A stretch of DNA of 64,000 bases from an uncultured Desulfovibrio sp. (GCA_905235595.1 CAJOMG010000005.1:7119-71118), one strand, 5' to 3'. Positions 43,082-53,160 are shown, counted from the first letter of the stretch. A program made the numbers and translations. Notes: generated by a model from the letters alone, not told the origin.

Positions 43082-45899
43082 TTATAGTGTTGCCGCTTCC
43101 TCAACAGTTTCAAAAGCTTCTATAATATCCCCTATCTTGATATCGTTAAAATTCTCCAGCCCCACACCACACTCATTACCCTTAACGACTTCCTTGGCAT
43201 CATCCTTAAATCTTTTAAGGGATGCTATCTTGCCTGTGTAGACCACCACTCCCTCTCGTAGCAAACGCACCCCTGCATTGCGTACGATTTTTCCATCTGC
43301 CACATAGGAACCTGCAATAAGGCCAACTTTAGGCACATTAAACGTTTCGCGCACTTCAACCTGCCCGAGATAGACTTCTCGTTGAACCGGGGCCAGCATA
43401 CCAGCCATGGCACTTTTGATATCGTCAACCAACTTGTAGATGATGTCATAAAAACGGATATCCACATTTTCACGTTCTGCCACATCCTTGATCTTTGCAG
43501 TCGGTCTGACATTGAAACCTATAATGATGGCTTGTGATGCTGAGGCAAGCAGGATATCAGATTCTGTGATGGCACCAGTACCTTCATGCACCACACCGAT
43601 ACGCACCTTTTCTGTACTTTGTTTGTTCAAGGCTTCAATGATGGCTTCTAAACTGCCCTGCACATCAGCCTTAACTAAAAGATTAAGGGTAAGAGTCTCT
43701 TGTTCCACTAAACGCTGCGACCATGTTTCCAATGTAACTCTTGACTCTGTGGCCAATTCACGTTCACGTTGCTTTGCAGCACGGGCATCTGCTATACGGC
43801 GGGCAACTTTCTCATCCTCTACCACAAAAAATTCCTCACCTGCCTCAGGTACTCCCTCAAAGCCTTGAACTTCCACAGGCAAAGAAGGACCTGCTTCCTT
43901 GACCTTTTTGCCTTGGTCATTCATCAAAGCGCGAGTACGGCCAGAAAAAGTTCCGCAGACAAAATTATCTCCCTGATGCAACGTACCTTCCTGAATAAGT
44001 ACCGTCGCCACCGGCCCACGGCCTTTGTCCAGCTTTGCCTCAATAATATGGCCTCGTGCAGGCTTGTCTGGATTCGCCTTGAGTTCCATAATTTCAGACT
44101 GCAGGGCCACCATCTCTAGCAATTCATCCAACCCCATACGGGTTTTGGCAGAAACTCGAGCAACAATAGTATCGCCACCCCAGTCTTCTGCTTGGAGACC
44201 TAGTTCAGCCAATTCACGCAGCACACGGTCCGGGTCTGCACCTGGTTTGTCCATTTTATTTACGGCCACCATAATGGGTACCCCAGCGGCCTTGGAGTGA
44301 TTGATAGCCTCCCGTGTTTGCTCCATCACTCCGTCGTCGGCAGCAACCACAAGAATGACCAGGTCCGTCACTTGTGCACCACGGGCCCGCATTGCGGTAA
44401 AAGCTTCGTGACCAGGAGTATCAAGAAAGACAATTTCTCCACGCTTTGTTTTCACATGATAGGCACCAATATGCTGTGTGATACCGCCCGCCTCGCCACT
44501 TGTCACATTAGATTTACGAATGGCATCGAGAAGAGAAGTCTTTCCATGATCCACATGCCCCATAATAGTGACAACAGGGGGGCGTGGCTTAAGACTTTCT
44601 GGAGCATCTGTCTCCTTGGGCAGCAGATAGTCATCCTCTGAAAAACCAACTTTCTCAACTTCATAGTCGAATTCTGCAGCAACCAGAGTAGCGGTATCAA
44701 TATCCAGAGCCTGATTGATGGTAGCCATCACACCGAGGTTAAAAAGTACCTTAATAATCTCATTGGCTTTGAGACCCATCTGATGCGCCATATCTGCTAC
44801 GCGAATCGCTTCAGTGATACGAATCTTACGCTTTGCCGCTTTGAGTGGTTGCGTAACCTGAGGAGTTGGGATGGGCTTATTGGGCTTACGCCGTCCTCTG
44901 TTACTACGATTCAAACGCGCATTGTCATCTTCATCCATTCCATGGCGACCAAAGTCACCCTGCTGAAAATCCACTGTACGACGACCCTTATTGCGTTTTT
45001 TCTTACTCTGCCCATCACGGCTGTCACCTAAAGGTGCAGGCTGTTGCACATAACCGCCTGCCCCCCCCATACGACTACTGGAAAGAGAGCGATTTCCAGA
45101 ACGCCCACCTCCGCCACTTGATCTTGAAGGACGTCCAGAATTTTCACGGGTGGTAACATCTCTGCTCTCGCCATAACGAGGTGTACGGGCGCTGTGCGAG
45201 GAGCCCTGAACTGGTCTTGAAATAACACGAACTTGTGGGGTTATTGTTTCGTTCTGCAGTGTTGTGTCGCTAAGGTCAACTATTTCTAATGCTTCAGGCG
45301 CTTGTACGGGTAGAATTGGTGCAGCAGTTCCTTCAGGCTCTGCTGATGCATCAGGAACGATCAATCGGGCAGACTTGGGCAGTTTCTCCTGAGCTACCGG
45401 AGCTTCCTCAGTCGTCATATTTTCTTTAACAGATTCCGTAATGACTGCAGTAGCTTTTACAGTATGTTGTTCTGCATCAGCATGGACATCCTGCTGTTCA
45501 ATGGTCGCAGGAGGTTGTTCCTCTTCGGGATGTCGAATGACACGTGCTGTAGTTTCTTCAAACGATTTTTCGTCACTAATCCCAGGCTGCTCCATTTTAC
45601 GCACTGTAGCTTCCAACGGCTCTGAATCACTCAATAAAGGTGTAGCAACGACATCTTCCTTTGGGTGTGATTCCTTACGACGGCGGCCGAACAATGACGC
45701 TAGGATGAGAAGCTCTGTCTTCTTCAGCCTGCTTTAACATCACAAAATGCTCGCGCAAACGGGAGGCTTCCTCCAAGGTTACTGACCCCTGAGTCGTTTT
45801 AACTGGCAAACCGAAGCTCTGCGCGACCCTTAGAACTTCCTTGGGATCCTGAGAGAGATCACTCCCCAGCTCCTTAATCTTAATTCTGTCTTCACTCAT
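43082..45899 (-). CDS. infB: Translation initiation factor IF-2, split by a +1 frameshift near 45685-45688
   Basis: IF2_N domain (45899-45675) ends at TAA 45675. The G-domain ORF ([13 protein letters not shown]) continues in the +1 frame. Removing one base restores IVRRRRKE and a 938-aa protein. Confidence 0.95.
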
Positions 45900-46162
45900 G
45901 GTTTACCCCCCTTGCGCCGTGCTCCGGGCCTGTACTTGATAAATCGGGCCGCACAGACAGGATCGGGACACACATACCAGCCCCTGCCCGGTCTGGTTTT
46001 TCCAACATCAATAATCAAAAAGCCTTCTGCATTTAGCACATAACGATGCAGACTATCCTTGGGAAAGCGACGGCGACACACAACACACATGCGTATTGGC
46101 CCTCGGCTTGCCAAAGTGGTGACTATTTCAGACTTTCGCATCCTCGGTTTTGCTCCCGCCAT
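45896..46162 (-). CDS. YlxR/DUF448 RNA-binding protein
   Basis: PIRMCVVCRRRFPK, GRGWYVC, position between nusA and infB. Start codon uncertain. Confidence 0.88.
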   Translation of the reverse strand: MAGAKPRMRKSEIVTTLASRGPIRMCVVCRRRFPKDSLHRYVLNAEGFLIIDVGKTRPGRGWYVCPDPVCAARFIKYRPGARRKGGKP

Positions 46163-47474
46163 TTTCTTCTCTGTTACTGATATCTTCAGTAGTATGCTTG
46201 AATACCCCCACTGCAGAAGATTCTGGTTCATCTTCCACAACAGGGGCAAGGAAATTGATGGCAGAGCGCAAATCAGCGATACGTGCAGCACTAATTGTCA
46301 ATTTATCAGCCAGCTCCTCATCTGAAGCTGTCCGCAGTTTATCAAGCGAAGAATACCCGGCTGCCAACATAGCTTCTATGGGAATTTCAGCCACACTTGC
46401 GACCTGTTCGAGTCCATGTCCGATGGCATTGATCTCGTTGTAGCGGGTCTCAGTAAAGATATCGACCTTCCATCCCAATAATCGCGCAGCCAGTTTGACG
46501 TTTTGACCTTTGCGACCGATAGCGTTAGTAAGCTGATCGTCTGGCACAATGACTTCGAGTAGATTTTCTTCCTCATCCACTACTATACGAGACACCAATG
46601 CCGGTGCAAGAGCATTACGCGCATACGTGGCGATATCGGGGCTCCAAACTACGATATCAATGCGTTCCCCGTGCAGCTCCTGCACAATATTCTGAATACG
46701 TGAACCACGCACTCCCACGCAGGCTCCCACGGGGTCCACATCGCGTTCGCGTGACAGCACAGCCACCTTGGCTCTTGATCCGGGGTCACGTGCCACGCCC
46801 ATGAACTGCACGACGCCATCATCCACTTCAGGAACTTCCCGACGAAAAAGCGCTGCCATATAATCACGGTGTGCACGAGAAATAACTACCTGCGGTCCTC
46901 GTCCTTCAGAGCGCACTTCAATAATCAAAGCCTGTACGCGGTCACCCCGTTTATAATGTTCACGCGGAATCTGCTCCTCACGCGGCAAAATAGCTTCAGT
47001 GCGACCGAGATTAACCACCCAGCCTCCCTTGTCACGCCGCTGCACAATGCCAGAAACGATTTCACCTACACGGTCTTTATATTCATTATAAATGATTTCC
47101 TGTTCGGCATCACGCATACGCTGGATGATCACCTGCTTTGCTGATTGCGCTGCGATACGCCCAAGGTCTTCGACACGGACACGAAAACCCATCTCATCGT
47201 CCAACTGTACCGAAGGATCATGCTTACGCGCCTCGGAAAGCTCTATCTGCATATCTGGATTAGCGACGTCGCCATCTTCCATGACAATTTTAAATTGGTA
47301 GATTTCAATGTCACCGGTTTCGTCGTTGTAAGACACTTCTATATCCATGTCCTCGCTGAAACGACGCATCACCGAGGTGCGAACAGCCTCTTCCAGCGTG
47401 GCAACAAGCATGTCGCGGTCAAGACCTTTATCTTTGCTTATCTGATCAATGGCCTTTTTAAGTTCGAGATTCAT
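46128..47474 (-). CDS. nusA: Transcription termination/antitermination factor NusA
   Basis: GRIAAQSAKQVI, ARDPGSRAKVAV, AIGRKGQNVKLA. Confidence 0.98.
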   Translation of the reverse strand: MNLELKKAIDQISKDKGLDRDMLVATLEEAVRTSVMRRFSEDMDIEVSYNDETGDIEIYQFKIVMEDGDVANPDMQIELSEARKHDPSVQLDDEMGFRVRVEDLGRIAAQSAKQVIIQRMRDAEQEIIYNEYKDRVGEIVSGIVQRRDKGGWVVNLGRTEAILPREEQIPREHYKRGDRVQALIIEVRSEGRGPQVVISRAHRDYMAALFRREVPEVDDGVVQFMGVARDPGSRAKVAVLSRERDVDPVGACVGVRGSRIQNIVQELHGERIDIVVWSPDIATYARNALAPALVSRIVVDEEENLLEVIVPDDQLTNAIGRKGQNVKLAARLLGWKVDIFTETRYNEINAIGHGLEQVASVAEIPIEAMLAAGYSSLDKLRTASDEELADKLTISAARIADLRSAINFLAPVVEDEPESSAVGVFKHTTEDISNREENGGSKTEDAKV

Positions 47475-47561
47475 GACTGCCTCCGACCACCGCGTACGGC
47501 GACGTAGAAAATCGCAATTGCGGCTTTACTTATTTGTCAAGCCATCAACTCAATGTCGATG

Positions 47562-48263
47562 TTAACTGCGTTGTTTTTTTCTGCTATTGCCATTAGTTTT
47601 AGAAGACGAAATTCGTTTTCCAGGTTTTTGTGGCTGTTTGAAAATATACATGCGCATAACCTTGCGTACAGTATTCCAAGGGATCCGCACCAAAGAAGCG
47701 TCTTCCAATAATACGTTACCTTCAGATGATACAGAAGCCGGGGCCAAGATAAATGCATCTTCTTCCACTGCCTGTAGCGTGCCGCGCAAAATACGACGTG
47801 GCATTTCCGTTCCCTCTCTGGTTGTGCTTATAGGGGCAAGCAAGCGAACCTCCATCATGTCACCAAGATATGGGTGCATTTGGGCAAGTGAAAAAAACTG
47901 CCGCGTTAAACCTGGGGTAGAAACCTCCAAAACATATGGCTCGAGAAAACAATTATCCACCTCAAGAGCCAATCCAAGGTGGCGAGAAATCTCCTCACAC
48001 TGATCCAGTGTTGCAGAATAACATGCTAAAGTTGTTTTTTCTGTCACGGAATTGCCGTCATTATCACTATCAGTCGGAAGAATGCATGTTCCCCCTGAAC
48101 CACAGTCACAGTTGTAAGCAGAACGCGCTGGCACATCAACAAATATACGCAATATAGTGCGACCAGCACGAACAATTTCTATTCCCCACACACTAAGCCC
48201 CAGGGAAACGACAACAGGCTCTACCAACCGTTGAATGTTTTTTTTAAGGGCATCATCATTCAT
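47562..48263 (-). CDS. rimP: Ribosome maturation factor RimP
   Basis: LRIFVD, CEEISRHL, YVLEVSTPGL, first gene of the nusA-infB operon. Confidence 0.9.
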   Translation of the reverse strand: MNDDALKKNIQRLVEPVVVSLGLSVWGIEIVRAGRTILRIFVDVPARSAYNCDCGSGGTCILPTDSDNDGNSVTEKTTLACYSATLDQCEEISRHLGLALEVDNCFLEPYVLEVSTPGLTRQFFSLAQMHPYLGDMMEVRLLAPISTTREGTEMPRRILRGTLQAVEEDAFILAPASVSSEGNVLLEDASLVRIPWNTVRKVMRMYIFKQPQKPGKRISSSKTNGNSRKKQRS

Positions 48264-48353
48264 AATGCTAAAACATCCTAAAAAACAGAATGTTACCCCG
48301 AGCATGACAACTACACAGGCAATCCTGAAGGGCATCCTTTATGTCACAGGGAC

Positions 48354-48383
48354 AAAAAAAAGGGGGCCCGTTAAGGCCACCCC
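48354..48383 (-). terminator. Leader terminator/attenuator upstream of rimP
   Basis: Minus strand GGGGTGGCC-TTAA-CGGGCCCCC followed by T8. It lies ~90 nt upstream of rimP and downstream of a TTGACA at 48477-48472. Confidence 0.7.
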
Positions 48384-48505
48384 GTAGGAAACTTGTTCCG
48401 CATCAGGATGTAGCGGCGACAATGATGTCAGCCACTTTGGATAATTATTCATATATTGTTATGGCACTTATGTCAAGAAGGCCTCCGAAATTCCATATAT
48501 TTCTT

Positions 48506-49519
48506 TCAATCTCCCACAAAAGGTGTACGCAGACCAGTACCATCTACACCAAAACAGCCATCTAATTGTTTATTGTCGCCAGGATGTCTAAAGTACCCAT
48601 CCATACACATAACTGGGGTACCCATGCGTAGTAGCGTACTGACTGTAGTAAAACGATAGCCCTGAGCCTGCAATAACGCCACCACTTCACGTAACAGCTG
48701 CGCCGTGCCGCGGGGAACGCGATTCGCGTGAAAAAGCAGAATTGAACCCTGCCTAACTTGATCGACTACCCGACGAGCTGATTTTTTAGCCTGTATAGGC
48801 CTGCTGCTGTCACCGACTTCGGCCACTACATCCCAGAGTACTACTCGCATTCCCAAAGAGGACAATGTGTTCAACGCAGCCGGTGTACACCTTCCATAAG
48901 GCAAACGAAAAAGGGTCGGCACCGGTGCGATGTCGGGCACGGGCATTCCCCTCATTTCTGCCTGACGCAATGTCTCTTCACGTAACAACTCATACTGGGC
49001 CTGCGTCCACAACACCTGGGCCCGCAAACCACTACTCGAAAGTAACGCACAGTTACCGTGGGTCCATGCATGGTTACCGATTTCAAACAATGGTTCGTTC
49101 ATAATCTGCAAAACACGACGAGCATGGGTACGCATCCATTTCCCACCCATGAACAGAGTGGCCGGAATCTTTTCCTCGCGCAAGTAGTTGAGAATGTCCA
49201 TATCACAACCGGTTGTCACTGTAGCAAGCTCACACATGTCAAAAGTCAGGGCGACTATTTTTTCCTCACTATCAATAGATACTCGCCTGATGGTTCCAAC
49301 CATGTGCTCTTCCAGTGGGGGCAACAGCATGCTGGGCTCTCGACGGTCTGGAGGACGGGTATCATTGGGAAGCATTTTTCTTTCATCCCAAGAATCTGCT
49401 TTCCAAGATGATTCCAATGCGAATGCTATATCATGTACAACGGCAAAAGCCAGCGAAGACAACAAAAACAACCAAAACCTGACAAAAGCATTCTGTCTCG
49501 TTATACCACTCCCTAACAT
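48506..49519 (-). CDS. Exported polysaccharide deacetylase (NodB/CE4 family)
   Basis: Signal-like N-terminus, VALTFD, IGNHAWTH, FRLPYG, WDVV, ILLFHAN. Confidence 0.85.
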   Translation of the reverse strand: MLGSGITRQNAFVRFWLFLLSSLAFAVVHDIAFALESSWKADSWDERKMLPNDTRPPDRREPSMLLPPLEEHMVGTIRRVSIDSEEKIVALTFDMCELATVTTGCDMDILNYLREEKIPATLFMGGKWMRTHARRVLQIMNEPLFEIGNHAWTHGNCALLSSSGLRAQVLWTQAQYELLREETLRQAEMRGMPVPDIAPVPTLFRLPYGRCTPAALNTLSSLGMRVVLWDVVAEVGDSSRPIQAKKSARRVVDQVRQGSILLFHANRVPRGTAQLLREVVALLQAQGYRFTTVSTLLRMGTPVMCMDGYFRHPGDNKQLDGCFGVDGTGLRTPFVGD

Positions 49520-50400
49520 AACCTGTAGCCCTCATTTGCAGCATACGCCAAAGACATAAGCAAATGGCAAAGTTTTGCAGCCGTAAAATCTGCATGGTGC
49601 AATCCTGCAATAGGGGCTAATTCAACCACGTCCAACCCTACAACATGACGCCCCTGCATACAGCGTTCTAAAATAAATTGCGTTTCACGCCAATTTAAGC
49701 CTCCAGGCGAGGGTGTGCCTGTGGCTGGCATAAGTGAAGAATCAAGTCCGTCAACATCAAAAGAAATATAGATATCGTGCGGGAAGTTTTCTGGCAGAGG
49801 ATGTTCCGGCAATCCCACACGTGCCAAATAACACGCATCATAATGCGTAACGTCAAAATGTTCGCGCGTCTTCGCCTCTTCACGGCTCAAATCACGAACA
49901 GCGAATTGCGTCAAGGGAAGGCTTAATTCAGCTACAGCCCGATACATGACACAGGCATGAGAATACGCATTACCCTCGTAGTGCGCTCGCAGATCTGCAT
50001 GTGCATCAAACTGCACTACGCCAAAGAATGCACCAGTCTGGCGTGAACGGGCTGCAAGAGCACGTAATGCCCCAAGGGTAACTGTATGCTCACCACCAAG
50101 AATTACGGGTACAGCCCCACATTTCAGTGCATGCGCTGTTACTAACGTAATGCGCTCCAACACTCCTTCAACGGGGCCGGAACAATCAATCGGCTGCACA
50201 GTGTAAAAACCTGCTTCACCTGGTGCGAAGCCACTTTCCCAAGCTTCAAGTTGTTGTGAAGCATCTAGCAAGGCTTGAGGACCTCTGGCCGTTCCACGTC
50301 CATAAGAAACACTCTGCTCCAACGGCGCAGGAATAATATGGAATGCCGCCTCTTCTGGTGGCACAGGAGCATACTCTGATGCGAGGAAACTATTCTTCAT
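49513..50400 (-). CDS. speB: Agmatinase (ureohydrolase family)
   Basis: GGEHTVT, FDAHADLR, SHAC, SFDVDGLD, TGTPSPGG, DVVELAP. Confidence 0.9.
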   Translation of the reverse strand: MKNSFLASEYAPVPPEEAAFHIIPAPLEQSVSYGRGTARGPQALLDASQQLEAWESGFAPGEAGFYTVQPIDCSGPVEGVLERITLVTAHALKCGAVPVILGGEHTVTLGALRALAARSRQTGAFFGVVQFDAHADLRAHYEGNAYSHACVMYRAVAELSLPLTQFAVRDLSREEAKTREHFDVTHYDACYLARVGLPEHPLPENFPHDIYISFDVDGLDSSLMPATGTPSPGGLNWRETQFILERCMQGRHVVGLDVVELAPIAGLHHADFTAAKLCHLLMSLAYAANEGYRLC

Positions 50401-50403
50401 GCG

Positions 50404-50441
50404 ATAATCCCGTGTTTTGATAATAATCCCGTGTTTTGATA
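50404..50441. repeat. Perfect 19-bp tandem duplication covering the speB ribosome-binding region
   Basis: ATAATCCCGTGTTTTGATA twice (50404-50422, 50423-50441). Confidence 0.95.
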
Positions 50442-50510
50442 AAAAAATGGCCCGCTTGGGGGGCAGGCCATTTTAAATGGAGGAGGCTGTCAGCAAAAGA
50501 AAGGAAGGTA
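50441..50510 (-). ncRNA. Candidate ~70-nt sigma54-dependent small RNA (or terminated leader of speB)
   Basis: Follows a consensus -24/-12 promoter. Pyrimidine-rich 5' part with CCUUCCUUU and CCUCCUCC. Ends in AAAAUGGCC...GGCCAUUUU plus a U-tract. No ORF. Confidence 0.55.
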
Positions 50511-50520
50511 TTTTCAGCAT

Positions 50521-50536
50521 AGCAAGGAGCATGCCA
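50521..50536 (-). promoter_or_regulatory. sigma54 (RpoN) -24/-12 promoter
   Basis: Minus strand TGGCATGCTCCTTGCT against consensus TGGCACG-N4-TTGCW, exact GG-N10-GC spacing. Confidence 0.75.
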
Positions 50537-50689
50537 AAAGAATATATCATTAAAAGAAATATAATATGCTAATTTTACAGGAAAAATTTTTCACTCATAA
50601 AAAAATCTGTTAAAAAAGTTTAACCATTCTTTCTGATATTAAGACATCAAGCTGTACGGTGTTCAAAAAATTTTCTTCCTTTCTTGGCA

Positions 50690-51229
50690 TTAGTGCACGC
50701 CATTCTCACTGGCACCCGCAGCGCCCTCCCCTTGCAGAGAAATAGAAAGCTTTTCAGCCAATTCGTGCGCAGCGGGTGTCTTACGCCATTTAGAAAAAAG
50801 TTCTTGCCATGCACCAAATTCCAGAAAGTTTTGATCAAGCTGCGTCTCATGAACTTGCACCCATGTATTAAAGAGCTGCAACTGTATTTGAAAAAAGATG
50901 CTTTCAAAAACAATGGCCGCCATGTTGCGCGGAATAGATTTTCCATCCACATGCATCAGCACAAAGTTACAAACCGTACGTCGTGATGTTTCAAAATCTA
51001 TTGCCTTGCCGTTAATCGCTTCCGCCATAGGAAGCAGGTGAGGGTACAGATCACCGATTCGCTCCATGCCCTTGATTGGCACTGCGATGTAAAGTGACGA
51101 TTGTCCATCTTCTCCGATGGGAGCGTCATATTTTTCCGAAATAAAATAGAACCGCAACCAGTTTTCGAACATCACAGCTTCTAACACTGTAAACACGGCA
51201 TGTTGAAAGTCTTCCTGTGCTTTAGGCAT
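50690..51229 (-). CDS. Hypothetical protein
   Basis: 179-codon ORF with strong RBS GGAGGAG. No family recognised. Confidence 0.75.
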   Translation of the reverse strand: MPKAQEDFQHAVFTVLEAVMFENWLRFYFISEKYDAPIGEDGQSSLYIAVPIKGMERIGDLYPHLLPMAEAINGKAIDFETSRRTVCNFVLMHVDGKSIPRNMAAIVFESIFFQIQLQLFNTWVQVHETQLDQNFLEFGAWQELFSKWRKTPAAHELAEKLSISLQGEGAAGASENGVH

Positions 51230-51460
51230 GGCTCCTCCACTTTCATTCAAACAATCTGTTTGAGGTTAGAGGACATGACATAAATAATCAATCTGTTCGC
51301 CGCAAAAACCTGTTGTCTGATCACAGGCAGACTTTTTTCCCGCTAGACACTAGGCATGAAACAATTTAGCCTGTGCGTTCATTTAGGCAGGGCGAAAACA
51401 CAGACAACAGTCTGTGCTTAGGTATACAGTCGTCGACAACTACTGAGCATACAAAGGCAT

Positions 51461-52306
51461 ATGATGAATGACGCTGCATTGAAGCCAATTGGGCTTTTCG
51501 ATTCCGGCATGGGAGGTTTAACGGTTTTTAAGGCATTGGCCCAACGCCTTCCTGAAGAAGATTTGCTTTATCTGGGAGATACTGCGCGACTGCCGTATGG
51601 CACTAAAGGACGCGATACCATTATACGTTATACCCTTAAAGCGGCACAACATCTTGTAGATTTAGGTGTAAAAATGCTTGTCGTAGCGTGCAATACTGCC
51701 ACCTCTGCAGCCCTGCCCACACTACGGGAACATTTTGCCCCCCTGCCTGTCATGGGAGTGGTGGAACCTGGGGCGCGTGCAGCAACAACAACCAGCCGCA
51801 ATGGTCATATTGTTGTCATCGCGACAGAAGCAACTATCACTGGCGGTGCCTACCAACAGGCTATAACACGTATCCGCCCAGATGCTATTGTCACAGGACG
51901 CGCATGTACGTTGTTTGTTCCTCTCGCTGAAGAAGGATGGATGGATGGGCCTCTTGTGGAGGGGATAGCACGCCGTTACCTTGGAGATATATTTAACACT
52001 CCTGGACAGACTATGCCGCATGCACCTGCCCCAGATACACTGCTTCTTGGCTGCACACATTTCCCTCTTTTGCAGGGAGCGCTGCAAAATGTTGTTGGCG
52101 CCAAGGTCCATATAGTTGATTCCGCTGCCACAACAGCAAAAGATATCGCTCAGGAACTACAAAGAGTTCATCTATTGCGTCATAATGACACGCCAGGTAA
52201 ATACACATTTCTTACTACTGACAATACGGCTCGTTTTGCCAAGACCGGCTCTATATTTTTAGGACGGCATCTCAACGAAAATGAAGTATCCTTGGTAGAT
52301 CTTTAG
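51461..52306 (+). CDS. murI: Glutamate racemase
   Basis: FDSGMGGLTV, DTARLPYG, VACNTA, LGCTHFP. Confidence 0.97.
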   Translation: MMNDAALKPIGLFDSGMGGLTVFKALAQRLPEEDLLYLGDTARLPYGTKGRDTIIRYTLKAAQHLVDLGVKMLVVACNTATSAALPTLREHFAPLPVMGVVEPGARAATTTSRNGHIVVIATEATITGGAYQQAITRIRPDAIVTGRACTLFVPLAEEGWMDGPLVEGIARRYLGDIFNTPGQTMPHAPAPDTLLLGCTHFPLLQGALQNVVGAKVHIVDSAATTAKDIAQELQRVHLLRHNDTPGKYTFLTTDNTARFAKTGSIFLGRHLNENEVSLVDL

Positions 52307-52594
52307 CACCTGATACCTTTGCGCAATCAGCCTGCATAACGCTCGAACTTTGAGAATGAAACCCACAGGCACAGCATTGCGCTTTTTCATTGACAGCAGG
52401 CCATCCCTCACGTAAGGGAAGGGCAGTTATATTAGTTAATTCGGTGCTGCACTCAGTTTCCGTACTATACACCGAATCATTTATGTTATGGTTTTTAGCC
52501 TAGTGTACGAGATTCGGGTCACATCCCTTGATCACAGACCTCTTGCCTGACCCTTTTGCAAGAGAAAACTAAAGCCTTCATGGAGAACATCATG

Positions 52595-52867
52595 ACCAAA
52601 GCTGAACTTGTTGAAAAGATCCATGCCAAAGCGGGCCTGCCTACCAAGGCTAAAGCAGAAGAAGCCTTGGATGCTGTCGTTGCCTCGCTGCGCGAAGCCC
52701 TAGCAGCCGGTGAATCCGTGACGTTTACGGGCTTCGGCAGCTTTAAAGTAGTTGAGCGTTCCGAACGTAAAGGACGCAATCCCCGTACTGGCAAGGAGAT
52801 CACCATTCCTGCAAGCAAGGTTGCTAAATTTACCCCTGGCAAAGGTTTGAAGGACGCCATCAAATAA
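52595..52867 (+). CDS. hup: DNA-binding protein HU
   Basis: MTKAELVEKI, GFGSF, RKGRNPRTG, KFTPGKGLK. Confidence 0.96.
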   Translation, partial: TKAELVEKIHAKAGLPTKAKAEEALDAVVASLREALAAGESVTFTGFGSFKVVERSERKGRNPRTGKEITIPASKVAKFTPGKGLKDAIK

Positions 52868-52947
52868 TTTAATGGCGCTCTGGTTTCAATTTGCTAATCC
52901 CGTTATGAAGCACTACATCATCTAATACGTAGTACAGATTATTTTCT

Positions 52948-53037
52948 GGAGGGGTGGCAGAGCGGTTGATCGCGGCGGTCTTGAAAACCGTTGAAGGTGC
53001 AAGCCTTCCGGGGGTTCAAATCCCTCCCCCTCCGCCA
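52948..53037 (+). tRNA. tRNA-Ser (anticodon TGA)
   Basis: Acceptor GGAGGGG/CCCCTCC, anticodon loop CTTGAAA, long variable arm, TTCAAAT T-loop, encoded CCA. Confidence 0.97.
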
Positions 53038-53046
53038 CCAGAATAA

Positions 53047-53112
53047 TTCCATAAAGTTCCATAAAATTTTTAACGCCCGTAACTCCTTGAATTTCAAGGT
53101 GTGTCGGGCGTT
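53047..53112. mobile_element. att-like remnant behind tRNA-Ser: direct repeat plus compound hairpin
   Basis: TTCCATAAA twice (53047, 53057), then AACGCCCG..CCTTGAA-T-TTCAAGG..CGGGCGTT. This layout is typical of island ends at tRNA genes. Confidence 0.5.
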
Positions 53113-53160
53113 TCTTATTCCCAGATTTATAACGGTGCCAAGTAAACCTCTCAGAATCAT

